Assembly (NCBI RefSeq): GCF_041248615.1
Contig: NZ_CP158426.1
DNA from: Escherichia coli
Lineage (GTDB): Bacteria > Pseudomonadota > Gammaproteobacteria > Enterobacterales > Enterobacteriaceae
DNA length: 64,000 nt
Reading direction: 5' to 3' (one strand)
Shown piece after piece: positions 45,842-58,319 of the stretch (within the stretch, counting starts at the first letter, position 1; every line of letters begins with the position of its first letter). The position numbers were made by a program, and so were the translations under genes. The notes beneath the pieces are model-generated. The model was not told where the DNA came from and did no database searches. It saw only the letters and a program-made list of their open reading frames with translations.

Positions 45842-46315
45842 TTAAGCTCCTTGCGGTGGCGACGTTAGAGAATTGCTACGCGTGATGAGTTGATATAAAT
45901 GACGCAGTTCAAAGAATGCGATAACGAGGCTGGTGGGCAGACAAGCGGCATACATCAGGCCGATGGGCAAACCGAGGATCGGTGAATAATCGCTCCAGTC
46001 CTGAATTGTTTTTAGCGTTGCGCCCCAGGCCAGTGCGCCACAAATAAATAAGATTAAGGAATGGGTAACCAGAGCGACTCGTCGCTGCCATGCGGGGGAG
46101 AGTTTCTCCACCAGAAAGGTGACCTGAACGTGGGCGTTATCCATAAAAGCCACAATTGCGCCAATAAATGTTAACCAGACAAATAAATAACGTGACAATT
46201 CATCTACAGATAAAATGCTTGTCTGAAAACCATATCTTAAAATAATGTTTATAAACACAATACAGGAAAGTACGGCGAGATTAATCGCCAGTATTGCTTC
46301 AAGTATTTTTTTCAT
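45842..46315 (-). CDS. yiaM: TRAP transporter small permease subunit (DctQ family)
   Basis: 157-aa 4-TM ORF 2 bp upstream of yiaN. Confidence 0.9.
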
Positions 46316-46432
46316 AGCTATTCCTTGAGGCTATGTCTGTCATAATTCAAGTTGCATGTGCAGCAACCTGAATTATTAATATAGTTAGAGCAATAACATT
46401 ACCCAGGCGTTCTGGCGTAGACGATTATTCGA

Positions 46433-46903
<471 letters not shown>

Positions 46904-46911
46904 TTATCTCC

Positions 46912-47910
46912 TCATAACGCCTGGATTTTGGCCCACACGCTGTCATCAACGGTGATGCCGTTACGGCGGTTTTCGGCCAGCAGGGTAGTAAATTCGTGGC
47001 CGGGTAAGCGGATGGCCTGGTTTTCGTCAGCGCGTTCAGCTGTAGTAACGTAATCCATGATGCGTTGCAGCTTGGCATCGCGGGTGGGGCCGTCGATCAA
47101 TTTATCCACTTCGATGGCGATAAAGATTTGCGAAACGCCGTATTCGTCGCTGTTGTCCTGGGTGACTTCGGCAACCGATGCGCCGTCGGAAAGGAGAGTG
47201 GCGATCATATCCAGCACAATCGACATGCCAGAACCTTTCCAGTAGCCCATCGGTAAAATGCGGCGATTCTTCTCGATAACGCCAGGTTCTTTGGTCAAAT
47301 TGCCCTCATCATCAAAGCCACCATCGACCGGGAGCTGACGGCCTGCCAGACGGTTAACTTCTAACATGCCGTAAGAGAACATCGACATCGACATATCGAC
47401 CATGGTGATTGGGGTAGAAGGAATGGCGACGATCAGCGGGTTGGTGCCGATGCGACACTCTTTTGCGCCCCACGGCGGCATTACGGCGATGGAGTTGGTC
47501 CAGCAAATGCCAATATAGCCTTTTTCCGCCGCCTGCCAGCCGTAGCTGCCGCCGCGCATCCAGTGGTTGGCATTACGTAGTGCCACCAGACCAATACCAT
47601 GATCGGCAGCCAGTTCGATGGCGCGATCCATCATCTTTTTCGCTGTCAGGTTACCGATCGAACGCTGGGCGTCCCACTGTTCAATTGCGCCGAGGCTGGT
47701 TATACGTTTGGGTTGGGCATCGGGAATGATATCGCCGTTTTCCAGTTGTTGAATGAAACGAGGGAAACGGTTGACGCCGTGAGAATAAACGCCGGATTCG
47801 GTGGTGCGGGCGAACATCTCGGCACAGGCATCAGCCGTTTCGCTGTCAACGCCGCGTGAAATTAAGACTCGATTAAAGGCTGCTTTTAACTGCTCAAATG
47901 TCACTTTCAT
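46912..47910 (-). CDS. yiaK: 2,3-diketo-L-gulonate reductase (Ldh2/Mdh family)
   Basis: 332-aa ORF; first gene of the operon, divergent from yiaJ. Confidence 0.93.
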   Translation of the reverse strand: MKVTFEQLKAAFNRVLISRGVDSETADACAEMFARTTESGVYSHGVNRFPRFIQQLENGDIIPDAQPKRITSLGAIEQWDAQRSIGNLTAKKMMDRAIELAADHGIGLVALRNANHWMRGGSYGWQAAEKGYIGICWTNSIAVMPPWGAKECRIGTNPLIVAIPSTPITMVDMSMSMFSYGMLEVNRLAGRQLPVDGGFDDEGNLTKEPGVIEKNRRILPMGYWKGSGMSIVLDMIATLLSDGASVAEVTQDNSDEYGVSQIFIAIEVDKLIDGPTRDAKLQRIMDYVTTAERADENQAIRLPGHEFTTLLAENRRNGITVDDSVWAKIQAL

Positions 47911-48110
47911 CCCTGGCTTCCTTGTTTTTTTGATCGCTTTTTTGGCTTAAAATTTCAATATGCGAAATCTGATTTCAAATATATCGATCACTTTTTAACA
48001 AAGCAATCTGATTGATGAATTTCAAAAAACTTAAAAATCAAGTGGTTATAAATTATCTGTCGAGATCGTGAACTACGGCACACTTTGCGCTACCATCAGG
48101 ACGCGACAAA

Positions 48111-48959
48111 ATGGGGAAAGAAGTGATGGGAAAAAAAGAGAACGAGATGGCGCAGGAAAAAGAGCGTCCAGCCGGAAGCCAGAGTCTGTTTCGTGGGTTG
48201 ATGCTGATTGAGATTTTGAGCAACTATCCAAACGGTTGTCCGTTGGCGCATCTTTCGGAGCTGGCTGGTTTAAATAAGAGTACCGTCCATCGCTTATTGC
48301 AGGGATTACAATCCTGCGGCTATGTGACCACCGCGCCCGCCGCAGGGAGTTACCGCCTGACTACCAAATTTATTGCCGTCGGGCAGAAGGCGCTGTCTTC
48401 GCTGAATATCATTCATATCGCCGCTCCGCATCTTGAGGCACTGAACATCGCCACTGGTGAAACCATTAACTTCTCCAGCCGCGAAGACGATCACGCTATT
48501 TTGATTTATAAGCTGGAACCCACAACCGGGATGCTGCGAACCCGTGCCTATATAGGCCAGCATATGCCGCTCTACTGTTCCGCAATGGGCAAGATCTACA
48601 TGGCGTTTGGTCACCCGGACTACGTGAAGTCATACTGGAAAAGCCATCAGCATGAGATCCAGCCGTTAACCCGCAATACCATTACCGAGCTGCCCGCGAT
48701 GTTCGACGAACTGGCGCACATTCGTGAAAGCGGAGCGGCGATGGACAGAGAAGAAAACGAACTCGGCGTCTCCTGTATTGCTGTTCCGGTGTTTGATATT
48801 CATGGGCGGGTGCCGTACGCCGTGTCGATTTCTCTTTCGACATCACGTCTGAAACAGGTGGGGGAGAAAAATCTCCTGAAACCACTGCGTGAAACCGCGC
48901 AGGCTATTTCTAATGAACTGGGATTTACTGTCAGGGACGACCAGGGCGCGATCACATAA
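48111..48959 (+). CDS. yiaJ: IclR-family transcriptional repressor of the yiaK-sgbE operon
   Basis: 282-aa ORF with N-terminal HTH and IclR effector domain. Confidence 0.9.
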   Translation: MGKEVMGKKENEMAQEKERPAGSQSLFRGLMLIEILSNYPNGCPLAHLSELAGLNKSTVHRLLQGLQSCGYVTTAPAAGSYRLTTKFIAVGQKALSSLNIIHIAAPHLEALNIATGETINFSSREDDHAILIYKLEPTTGMLRTRAYIGQHMPLYCSAMGKIYMAFGHPDYVKSYWKSHQHEIQPLTRNTITELPAMFDELAHIRESGAAMDREENELGVSCIAVPVFDIHGRVPYAVSISLSTSRLKQVGEKNLLKPLRETAQAISNELGFTVRDDQGAIT

Positions 48960-49060
48960 CCCTTTGGACAAGTGCCAAAACTTTAACATTTCCTTCGTTG
49001 GATCAAAGCAGTAGAGACGCGCTCTCTGGCACTCTGCTGTTTTAGTGCAAAGGAGTGATC

Positions 49061-49534
49061 ATGAACCGGTTTATTATTGCGGATGCGACGAAATGTATCG
49101 GTTGCCGTACCTGTGAAGTGGCTTGCGCAGTGTCGCATCAGGAGAATCAGGATTGCGCTGCGTTGTCACCAGACGAGTTTATTTCCCGTATTCGTGTCAT
49201 TAAAGACCACACATGGACCACGGCTGTAGCCTGTCATCAGTGTGAAGATGCACCGTGCGCGAATGTCTGCCCTGTTGACGCGATAAGCCGCGAACATGGG
49301 CATATTTTCGTTGAACAATCACGTTGCATTGGCTGTAAAAGCTGTATGCTGGCTTGCCCGTTTGGTGCGATGGAGGTCGTTTCTTCGCGCAAAAAGGCGA
49401 GGGCGATTAAGTGCGATCTGTGCTGGCATCGGGCGACGGGACCGGCCTGTGTTGAAGCCTGCCCGACAAAGGCGTTGCAGTGCATGGATGTCGAGAAAGT
49501 GCAGCGGCATCGGCTACGGCAGCAGCCTGTTTGA
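49061..49534 (+). CDS. ysaA: 4Fe-4S ferredoxin-type protein
   Basis: ORF 49055..49534; start at MNRFIIADATKCIGCRTCEVACAV…; several CxxCxxCxxxCP clusters. Confidence 0.85.
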   Translation: MNRFIIADATKCIGCRTCEVACAVSHQENQDCAALSPDEFISRIRVIKDHTWTTAVACHQCEDAPCANVCPVDAISREHGHIFVEQSRCIGCKSCMLACPFGAMEVVSSRKKARAIKCDLCWHRATGPACVEACPTKALQCMDVEKVQRHRLRQQPV

Positions 49535-49572
49535 AACGTTTTTCCGGCGTTTCTCAACGCCGGAATAGAGTA

Positions 49573-50826
49573 TTAATGGCTTTCAGCCCAGGCTCTTTCT
49601 ATCTCTTCCGCCAGAATCTTCACACCCGCCTCAATTTTCTCCGGCTCTGGTACGTAGTTCATGCGCATACATTGATGCGTATGCGGCCACGGTTTATCCA
49701 GTCCCGGGAAGAAGTTGTGCCCCGGCACCATCAGCACGCCGCGTGCTTTCAGGCGCTGGTAGAGCTGCTCGGTCGTAATGGGCAAATCCTTAAACCATAG
49801 CCAGAGGAAAATGGCTCCTTCCGGTTTATGAATCAGGCAGCGATCTTCCGGTAAATAGCGGCGAATGATAGCGATAGTTTCCTGAACACGCTGGTAGTAA
49901 AACGGTTTGATGACTGTTTCAGACAGGCGCAGCAGATCGTTACGCTTAATCATTTCACACATCATCGCCGGACCAATACCGCCAGGTGCCAGGCTGATAA
50001 TGCCGTTCATATTGGTGATGGCGGTGATGATTTTTTCATTGGCGATGATAATGCCGCAGCGGGAGCCAGGTAGCCCCAGCTTGGAAAGACTCATGCACAG
50101 TACGATATTCGGATTCCACAGCGGGCGCGCTTCACTGAAGATGATACCCGGGAACGGGACGCCATAAGCGTTATCAATCACCAGCGGAATGCCGTGTTGA
50201 TTCGCCAGCGCGTCAAGCTTCAGCAACTCTTCGTCAGTAATCACATTGCCTGTTGGATTCGTCGGCCGGGAGACGCAAATCATCCCGGTTTCTTCGCCAA
50301 TATGCAGATGCTCAAAATCGACGTGGTATTTAAACTGGCCTTCCGGCAGCAGTTCAATATTCGGACGCGCAGAGACAAACAGATCTTCTTCCAGTCCGGC
50401 GTCAGCGTAGCCAATGTATTCCGGTGCCAGCGGAAACAGCACTTTTTTGACCCGACCATCGGCACGGCGTCCGGCGAAAAGATTAAATAAGTAGAAAAAC
50501 GCGCTCTGGCTGCCGTTTGTTAGTGCAATATTCTGTGGTTCGATATCCCAACCCAACTTCTCGCGCAGCATTCCGGCAAGCAGTGTGAGTAGCTCCGTTT
50601 TCCCCTGTGGACCGTCGTAATTGCACAGTGCATCAGTCGCTTTGCCACTTTCCAGCATGTCGGTCAGTAGCGTCTGGAAGTAGTCCTGCATTTCCGGGAT
50701 CTGCGCTGGATTACCGCCGCCGAGCATAATCGCGCCAGGCGTGCGTAAACCGTCGTTCAGATCTTCCATCAGCAGCGTAATGCCGGAGTGGCGGGTAAAT
50801 TTGTCACCAAAAAGGGAGAATGTCAT
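49573..50826 (-). CDS. avtA: valine-pyruvate aminotransferase
   Basis: ORF 49573..50931; start at internal ATG giving MTFSLFGDKFTRHSGITLLMEDL… (417 aa); PLP-dependent aminotransferase class I fold. Confidence 0.93.
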   Translation of the reverse strand: MTFSLFGDKFTRHSGITLLMEDLNDGLRTPGAIMLGGGNPAQIPEMQDYFQTLLTDMLESGKATDALCNYDGPQGKTELLTLLAGMLREKLGWDIEPQNIALTNGSQSAFFYLFNLFAGRRADGRVKKVLFPLAPEYIGYADAGLEEDLFVSARPNIELLPEGQFKYHVDFEHLHIGEETGMICVSRPTNPTGNVITDEELLKLDALANQHGIPLVIDNAYGVPFPGIIFSEARPLWNPNIVLCMSLSKLGLPGSRCGIIIANEKIITAITNMNGIISLAPGGIGPAMMCEMIKRNDLLRLSETVIKPFYYQRVQETIAIIRRYLPEDRCLIHKPEGAIFLWLWFKDLPITTEQLYQRLKARGVLMVPGHNFFPGLDKPWPHTHQCMRMNYVPEPEKIEAGVKILAEEIERAWAESH

Positions 50827-51003
50827 AGCGGGATATCTGTCGAACTCTGTAGCAAGGAAGGTAACAATAACGCTACATTTGCTGGGGTGCAAATCGCTCT
50901 GTTGAAGAGGGAGCGGTGCTTTATCCTGCAACGCTGATTAGAGCTGGCATTTTATCCTGGTTGGCGGCTTCCCGAGGTACTGACGAACGGGAAGCCGGAA
51001 AAG

Positions 51004-53034
51004 TCACTGTTGCCCAGCCCAGATGACCAGCACTTTATCGTCGCCATGCTCACGAACAAAGCCGTAGCCCTGCTTCATCGAAAGTGTCGTTTGTTTGCCC
51101 TCGCCAATTGCGGGATGGCGGGCGCGGAACTGGCTGATTTTCTGCCAGTGCGCGACGCTGGCGGCAGATTTACCGCTAACATCCTGCCAGTTCATATCCG
51201 AACGCGTACCTTGCAGCGGATCCGAACCGGTGGGGCCGAACGGACGCGAGGATTCATCACCATAAAAGATTTGTACCGCGCCTGGCGCTAATAATAATAA
51301 CTCTGCTGCTTTGTCGCCCCCTTCACGGAACAGGCGGGTATCATGCGACGAGAGGTAGCTCAACACGTTGAAATCCTGCAATTTCTCCGCCATTTGCTGC
51401 CAGGTCGTATCCATCTGCGCCAGACAATCGACTGCTTTAGCCGCCTGCTCCTGATAATCGAAATTGATCATCGCATCGAAGCCGTGGCGATAGTAGTCAC
51501 TTTGCATCACGCCGTGGCCCCAGGCTTCACCGGTCATCCAGAAAGGTTTGTCATCTAATGCTTTCTCGGGGTTAGCTTTTTTCCATTCGCGAAGTGCGGC
51601 GCTGGCCTGAGTTTTCAGTTGCTGCCAGGCGGGCAACTCAACATGTTTGGCGGTATCGACCCGAAAACCATCAATACCGTAGTCGCGGACCCATTGGCTT
51701 AACCAGTGGGTTAAGTAATCGCGCGGCGTATAGCCGTCAATGGCTTTGGCGTGGGTATCTGACTTGTTTTGATAGAATACAGGCAGGCCAGAGGCGGTGG
51801 TGGATTCTGTTTTGATATCCGGCAAAAAGGCCAGCGACATGGTGAGATCGTCGAATCCAGGATTGTCGTAATCGCCGATATCCGTTCTGATCCAGTTTTT
51901 CCCCCACCATTTATCCCAGCCTGTTTTGTCGCTGAAATTAATGTAATCGTTAAAGCTATGCCAGGTTTGCCCGGCGGCAGGTTTCCAGTCGCTCCAGCGT
52001 TCACCCAACGTTTTTTTCACTTCGTCACCAGAAAGATATAACGCGCCAAACTGAAACTCCTGCATATCCGCCAGCGTGGCATAGCCAGTGTGGTTCATCA
52101 CGACATCAAAGAGAATACGAATACCACGCTGATGTGCGTTATCAACCAGCGTCCGTAGATCGGCTTCGCTGCCCATATTGGCATCAAGATTCGTCCAGTC
52201 CTGTGTGTAATAACCGTGGTAGGCATAATGCGGGAAATCGCCTTTTGTACCGCCGCCGACCCAGCCGTGAATTTGCTCAAATGGGGCACTTATCCATAAA
52301 GCATTAACGCCCAACTGCTGGAGGTAATCCAGTTTGTTGGTCAGGCCGCGTAAATCGCCGCCGTGAAAAGTGCCAATTTCTGCCATACCGTCTTTATGAC
52401 GTCCGTAACTCTGGTCATTACTGGGATCGCCGTTTTCGAAACGATCTGTCAGCACAAAGTAAACTGTGGCGTTATGCCAGTCAAAAGGGGCAGGGGCGTC
52501 AGTTTCTGCCCGTTCCAGCAGGAGTAAACCGTTGCTGGTGGCAGCGGGTTGTAACGTTATTTGACCGTTCTTCACTATCGCAATTTGCTGGCTGTAATAA
52601 TCCCGTACGGCGGCTCCTTCCGGGAAAGTGGCGCTGACATCCAGTGTGAGCGGTAATCCATCCCATTTCGGGCATTCACGGACCAGGCTTGCTACCGGTT
52701 CGACGGCGTTCTGGATGGAAATCATCAATGTTGGTGTACCGGAGCGGGTGTCTAGTTGCAGCGTATATTCGCCGTCCCTGAACAATCGCCATTGAGGCGG
52801 CGTGTTGCTACAAGGTTGCAGGGAAAGCATCTGATTGAGTTTTATCGCATCCGCAGGCTGCCAGCACTGTTGGTCAAAATTTAGCGTTAGTGGACGCGTA
52901 CCTTTGGGCAACTGTGCGTGGCTGACAAATGTTCCCGTCCCCTGTTCGCTAAAGGCGGGAAACCCCGGAGAAGTCCAGCTGGCGGCAACGGCGAAGCCAG
53001 GAAGGAGCGTCAGAAAACAGGCGGCGAGTTTCAT
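51004..53034 (-). CDS. malS: periplasmic alpha-amylase
   Basis: 676-aa ORF with signal peptide and GH13 catalytic motifs (…GFRVDTAKH…, …FDVVMNH…). Confidence 0.95.
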   Translation of the reverse strand: MKLAACFLTLLPGFAVAASWTSPGFPAFSEQGTGTFVSHAQLPKGTRPLTLNFDQQCWQPADAIKLNQMLSLQPCSNTPPQWRLFRDGEYTLQLDTRSGTPTLMISIQNAVEPVASLVRECPKWDGLPLTLDVSATFPEGAAVRDYYSQQIAIVKNGQITLQPAATSNGLLLLERAETDAPAPFDWHNATVYFVLTDRFENGDPSNDQSYGRHKDGMAEIGTFHGGDLRGLTNKLDYLQQLGVNALWISAPFEQIHGWVGGGTKGDFPHYAYHGYYTQDWTNLDANMGSEADLRTLVDNAHQRGIRILFDVVMNHTGYATLADMQEFQFGALYLSGDEVKKTLGERWSDWKPAAGQTWHSFNDYINFSDKTGWDKWWGKNWIRTDIGDYDNPGFDDLTMSLAFLPDIKTESTTASGLPVFYQNKSDTHAKAIDGYTPRDYLTHWLSQWVRDYGIDGFRVDTAKHVELPAWQQLKTQASAALREWKKANPEKALDDKPFWMTGEAWGHGVMQSDYYRHGFDAMINFDYQEQAAKAVDCLAQMDTTWQQMAEKLQDFNVLSYLSSHDTRLFREGGDKAAELLLLAPGAVQIFYGDESSRPFGPTGSDPLQGTRSDMNWQDVSGKSAASVAHWQKISQFRARHPAIGEGKQTTLSMKQGYGFVREHGDDKVLVIWAGQQ

Positions 53035-53353
53035 GGTGAATGAGTCCTTATTGCTGCGATTTCAGACAGTTTGCCAGCGATAAGCCAGACAAAACTCATC
53101 CCTGAGCGGTAAGTCCACAGGATGAGAAGCAAGGGTGAGCGATCGCGCGCAAAAAACGGCTGAATTTTGCGATAAACCCCACATTTTCTGCGATTTAGCG
53201 CCAATCTGAATCGTTAACTCGTGACATAGTTTCAGATTTGGACTATTCCTTGGGGTGCTCTTGACAGCTATTTTTGATATGATTTGAGATTCAACTCTCA
53301 AATTTGTGAAAAATATAAGGTGTTGGAATGATTAAATCCGACCAGGAGACCTG

Positions 53354-54178
53354 ATGATTTTGACTCCCATACGACGATATGGGGCGATGATTCTTATGTT
53401 ACTCACTCTGGTGTTTTCGAGTGAGGTGTTAGCGAAGACGCACACAACAACAGCGAGTCAAAAGTCCCACTTAACTAAAGCTAGTAATAAACAGGTAAGC
53501 AGTAAACAAGAGTATTCTCGCAATAGTGCAAAGAGTAGTTCACTTCCTGATTTGCGAAAATACCCTTCCGGAACACCAAGGAAAAAGGCGTTTCTCCGGA
53601 CTGTGATGCCTTACATTACCAGCCAAAATGCGGCCATTACTGCGGAACGTAACTGGCTGATTTCAAAACAGTATCAGGGCCAATGGTCACCTGCTGAGCG
53701 TGCGCGTCTGAAAGACATCGCCAAACGCTACAAGGTGAAGTGGTCTGGTAATACGCGAAAAATCCCGTGGAATACCTTGCTTGAACGCGTAGACATTATC
53801 CCCACCAGTATGGTAGCGACGATGGCTGCAGCAGAAAGCGGTTGGGGAACGTCGAAGCTGGCGCGCAACAACAACAATCTGTTCGGCATGAAATGCATGA
53901 AAGGACGTTGTACTAATGCGCCGGGTAAAGTGAAGGGGTACTCACAGTTTAGTTCTGTCAAAGAATCGGTGAGCGCCTATGTTACTAACCTGAATACGCA
54001 TCCGGCTTACTCTTCGTTCCGTAAATCGCGTGCACAGCTGCGTAAAGCAGATCAGGAAGTGACTGCCACAGCGATGATTCACAAGCTGAAGGGCTACTCG
54101 ACCAAAGGGAAGAGTTATAACAACTACCTGTTCGCAATGTACCAGGATAACCAACGGTTAATCGCGGCACATATGTAA
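53354..54178 (+). CDS. bax: Bax protein (glucosaminidase-domain)
   Basis: 274-aa ORF with N-terminal signal/TM segment. Confidence 0.88.
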   Translation: MILTPIRRYGAMILMLLTLVFSSEVLAKTHTTTASQKSHLTKASNKQVSSKQEYSRNSAKSSSLPDLRKYPSGTPRKKAFLRTVMPYITSQNAAITAERNWLISKQYQGQWSPAERARLKDIAKRYKVKWSGNTRKIPWNTLLERVDIIPTSMVATMAAAESGWGTSKLARNNNNLFGMKCMKGRCTNAPGKVKGYSQFSSVKESVSAYVTNLNTHPAYSSFRKSRAQLRKADQEVTATAMIHKLKGYSTKGKSYNNYLFAMYQDNQRLIAAHM

Positions 54179-54192
54179 TTGCATTTCCTCGA

Positions 54193-54229
54193 GCCTTATC
54201 CGACTTGTCGGTCGGATAAGGCTTTTGCT
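54193..54229. terminator. rho-independent terminator between convergent bax and xylR
   Basis: 12-bp stem GCCTTATCCGAC…GTCGGATAAGGC followed by TTTTGCTC, 14 bp after the bax stop. Confidence 0.55.
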
Positions 54230-54285
54230 CCCATCAGGTGATTGTGCTGAGTTACCTGATGCGACGCCGACAATTCTCATCATCG

Positions 54286-55464
54286 CTACAACATGACCTC
54301 GCTATTTACATCGCGATACTCTTTTGGCGTCGTGTCATATGCTTTTTTAAAAACAGAGTAGAAATATTGCAGCGATGGATAACCGCACATTTGCGATATC
54401 TCATTGATCGACAAGGTGGTTGAAATCAGCAGACTGCGCGCTTTCTCCAGCTTCTCGGCATGAATCATGGCATGGATGGTTTCACCCACCTCTTCTTTAA
54501 AACGCTTCTCAAGATTGGAGCGTGATATGCCCACCGCATCCAGTACCTGATCCACTTTAATCCCTTTACAGGCGTGATTACGAATGTAATGCATGGCCTG
54601 AATAACGGCGGGATCGGTCAGCGAGCGGTAATCTGTTGAGCGCCGTTCAATGACGCGAACTGGCGGGACCAAAATCCGCTGTAGCGGCATTTCTTCTTTA
54701 TCTAATAATCGATGCAACAGTTTTGCCGCCTGATAGCCCATTTGCCGCGCGCCCTGAGCGACCGAAGAAAGGGCGACACGCGACAGATAGCGGGTCAGTT
54801 CTTCGTTATCGATGCCAATCACGCATAATTTTTCCGGTACGGGAATATGTAGATGTTCACATACTTGCAGAATATGCCGCGCCCGGGCGTCAGTAACGGC
54901 AATAATCCCGGTTTGCGGTGGCAGCGTTTGTAGCCAGTCTGCCAGCCGATTTTGCGCGTGTTGCCAGTTCTCTGGCGCGGTTTCTAACCCCTGATAAACC
55001 ACTCCGCGATACTTTTCTTCGGCGACAAGCTGACGAAATGCATATTCGCGTTCAGTGGCCCAACGTTTACCGCTTGATTCCGGAAGACCATAAAAAGCAA
55101 AGCGGTTAACGCCTTTCTCTTTTAAATGCAAAAATGCGCTTTCAACCAGCGCATAGTTATCGGTGGCAATGTAATGAACGGGTGGGTAACTTTCGGCAAG
55201 GTGATACGAGCCACCAACCCCAACAATGGGGACGTCGACATCAGCCAGCGCTTGCTCGATTTGTTTGTCGTCGAAGTCGGCAATGACGCCATCTCCTAAC
55301 CAGTCCTTGATTTTATCAATGCGGGCGCGGAAATCTTCTTCAATGAAAATATCCCATTCCGATTGTGACGCCTGTAAATATTCCCCTACGCCTTCTACTA
55401 CCTGCCGGTCATAGGCTTTATTGGCATTGAACAGTAATGTGATGCGGTGACGTTTAGTAAACAT
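54286..55464 (-). CDS. xylR: xylose operon transcriptional activator (periplasmic-binding-like sensor + AraC HTH)
   Basis: 392-aa ORF with sugar-binding-like N-terminal domain and C-terminal AraC-type HTH. Confidence 0.95.
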   Translation of the reverse strand: MFTKRHRITLLFNANKAYDRQVVEGVGEYLQASQSEWDIFIEEDFRARIDKIKDWLGDGVIADFDDKQIEQALADVDVPIVGVGGSYHLAESYPPVHYIATDNYALVESAFLHLKEKGVNRFAFYGLPESSGKRWATEREYAFRQLVAEEKYRGVVYQGLETAPENWQHAQNRLADWLQTLPPQTGIIAVTDARARHILQVCEHLHIPVPEKLCVIGIDNEELTRYLSRVALSSVAQGARQMGYQAAKLLHRLLDKEEMPLQRILVPPVRVIERRSTDYRSLTDPAVIQAMHYIRNHACKGIKVDQVLDAVGISRSNLEKRFKEEVGETIHAMIHAEKLEKARSLLISTTLSINEISQMCGYPSLQYFYSVFKKAYDTTPKEYRDVNSEVML

Positions 55465-55541
55465 GGTTCTTTTCCTGCTGAATCATGCAAAAACTCAAAA
55501 CCGGTAATACATTACCGGCTTTGAGAAAATTTTTATCAAAA

Positions 55542-56723
55542 TCAAGAACGGCGTTTGGTTGCGGAGTCCATCCATACTGCCAGCAACAGAATCGCACCTT
55601 TAACGATATACTGCCAGAAGGTCGGTACATCCATCATACTCATGCCGTTATCCAGTGAAGCCATGATGAATGCCCCCATTACCGCTCCGGCCACGCTCCC
55701 GACGCCGCCTGCCAGACTGGTGCCGCCAATCACACATGCGGCAATTGCGTCCAGCTCGGCGATATTCCCCGCAGAAGGTGAACCAGCGCCAAGTCGAGAA
55801 CTGAGGATTAATCCGGCGATGGCTACCATTAATCCGTTAATTGCGAACACGGCAAGTTTGGTGCGTTCAACGTTAATCCCGGAGAGCCGTGCTGCTTCCA
55901 GATTGCCGCCGATGGCATAAATGCGTCGTCCAAATGCCGTCCGCGTTGCCATAAACATTCCGCCGAGTAACAGCAACGTCAGCAGCAGAACAGGAGTGGG
56001 AACGCCACGGTAATCATTCAACAGCCAGATTGCGCCTAATACGATGATAGCGGTTAAAGCCTGGCGACCGACTACTGCGGTAGAGGCCGGAGACTGCAAA
56101 CCCAAAGCCTGACGGCGCATTCTTCCGCGCCATTGCCAGCCAACAAAAGCCATTAAGCCAAGCGCGCCAATGATGAAGCCGGTGCTGGCGGGTAGATAGC
56201 TTTGCCCAATTTGTGACATCGCGGCGCTGGTGGGGGATACAGTCGTGCCGTTGGTGATGCCAATGAGTATGCCGCGAAATGCCAACATGCCCGCGAGGGT
56301 GACAATAAATGAAGGGACTTTACGGTACGCGACCCACCATCCGTTCCAGGCACCGAGAAGCAGTCCCAGAACCAGCGTTACAATGATGGTCAGTGGCAAA
56401 GGCCAGCCTAACCAGACGTCACAAATCGCCGCGACGCCACCTAACAGCCCCATCATTGAGCCGACGGAAAGGTCGATTTCAGCAGAAATTATGACGAACA
56501 CCATTCCTACCGCGAGGATGCCGGTAATCGCGGTCTGGCGTAACAGGTTGGAGACGTTACGGGCGCTTAAGTAGGCACCATCGGTGGTCCAGGTAAAGAA
56601 CAGCATGATTGCGATGATAGCTGCAATCATCACGAAGACCTGCAAATTCAGTGACTTCAGCCCGGAAAAGCCACCGGATGTCGGTACGGCCAATTTCACT
56701 TCAGACGGATTGCTTTTCGACAT
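55542..56723 (-). CDS. xylH: D-xylose ABC transporter permease
   Basis: 393-aa polytopic ORF; overlaps the xylG 3' end by 23 nt. Confidence 0.95.
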
Positions 56724-58242
56724 GATGTTCGCTCCTCAATGCGGCTTCCATCACCTGCTCCTGAGTCAGGTTATGATTTATCAGGTTGGCTTTTAGTTTC
56801 CCTTCATGCATCACCAGTACACGATCGCTAAGGCCGAGCACTTCAGGTAATTCGGAAGAGATGACAATAACGGCAATACCCTGCTGGACGAGTTGGTTAA
56901 TTAATTTGTAGATCTCGTATTTCGCGCCAATATCGATACCCCTGGTAGGTTCATCAAGAATGAGAATGCGCGGGTTGAGTAACAGACAGCGAGCGAGGAT
57001 CGCTTTTTGCTGATTGCCGCCGCTCAAACGTCCAATAGCAAGGTCGGGGGACGACGTTTTAACTTTGAGTTGCTGGATTGATTCCAGAATACATTTTTGC
57101 TCTGCAGCGTCATCAAGCTGGCTAATGCCACCGGTAAATTTATTGAGTGCGGCGAGAGTAATATTTTTACCAACCGCCATTACCGGAACGATGCCGTCGC
57201 GCTTTCTGTCTTCGGGGACCATCGCAATCCCCTGGGCGATGGCTTGCTGACAGTTACGAATATCTACCTGTTTGCCATCAATATAAATTTTTCCTTCCCA
57301 TTGTCCGGGCCACACGCCAAACAGGCACTGAATGGTCTCGGTACGTCCGGCACCAACGAGTCCGGCAATACCCAGTATTTCGCCACGTTTCAGGGAAAAC
57401 GAGACATCATTAACTCGTTTAATATGACGATTAACCGGATGCCATGCCGTCAGATGTTCAATACGTAATATTTCATCTCCGGTGGTATGTGGTTCATTAG
57501 GGTAAAGCGCGGTTAACTCTCGCCCGACCATCATGGTGATAATATCGTCTTCACTCATTCCGGCAGCATCACGCGTACCAATGTGCTGACCGTCGCGAAT
57601 AACGCAAATCGTATCGGAAATCGCTTTGACTTCGTTGAGTTTGTGCGAAATATAAATACAGGCGATACCGTGCTGTTGCAGATCGCGAATAATATCCAGT
57701 AAAACCGACGTTTCCTGCTCAGTTAATGAGGCTGTCGGTTCATCGAGAATTAACAAACGCACCTGTTTATTAAGTGCCTTGGCAATTTCAACCAGTTGTT
57801 GTTGCCCAAGCCCTAAATCGCCAACGCGGGTATCGGGTGAAATGGATAAACTGACCTGTGCGAGCAGCTTCTGACAGCGTAGCGTCATCAGGTCATAATC
57901 CATAATGCCATTGTGGGTTATTTCGTTACCCAGGAAGATATTTTCCAGCACAGTCAATTCTTTCACCAGGGCCAATTCCTGGTGAATGATGGCGATACCT
58001 TTGCGTTCGGTATCGCGGATGTGACTCGCCTGAATCTCTTCTCCCGCAAAAATAATTTCGCCTTCGTAGGAGCCATGGGGATAAATACCACACAGCACTT
58101 TCATCAGCGTTGATTTACCAGACCCATTTTCCCCACAGAGTGAGACGATTTCGCCAGCATTCAACCGCAAGCTGACGTTATCAATCGCCTTCACACTGCC
58201 GAAGGTTTTGGTAATGTTCTTCATTTCAAGTAGATAAGGCAT
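56701..58242 (-). CDS. xylG: D-xylose ABC transporter ATP-binding protein (duplicated ABC domains)
   Basis: 513-aa ORF with two Walker A motifs ([18 protein letters not shown]) and two signature motifs. Confidence 0.96.
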
Positions 58243-58319
58243 AACGACTCCACCTAAGCCAATTCATTCACGCGGCATGGAGAGAAATCACGCCCCCGCT
58301 CCTCGCCGGGGCGTAACGC

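Noticed and set aside
54230-54262. CCTGATGCGACGCC motif after the bax terminator and a similar GCCTGATGCGACG motif at 34483..34497 after aldB, considered as complete REP elements
   Set aside because: Only one arm of the REP-like palindrome is present at each site; they look like REP half-site remnants rather than intact elements, so they are not listed as features.
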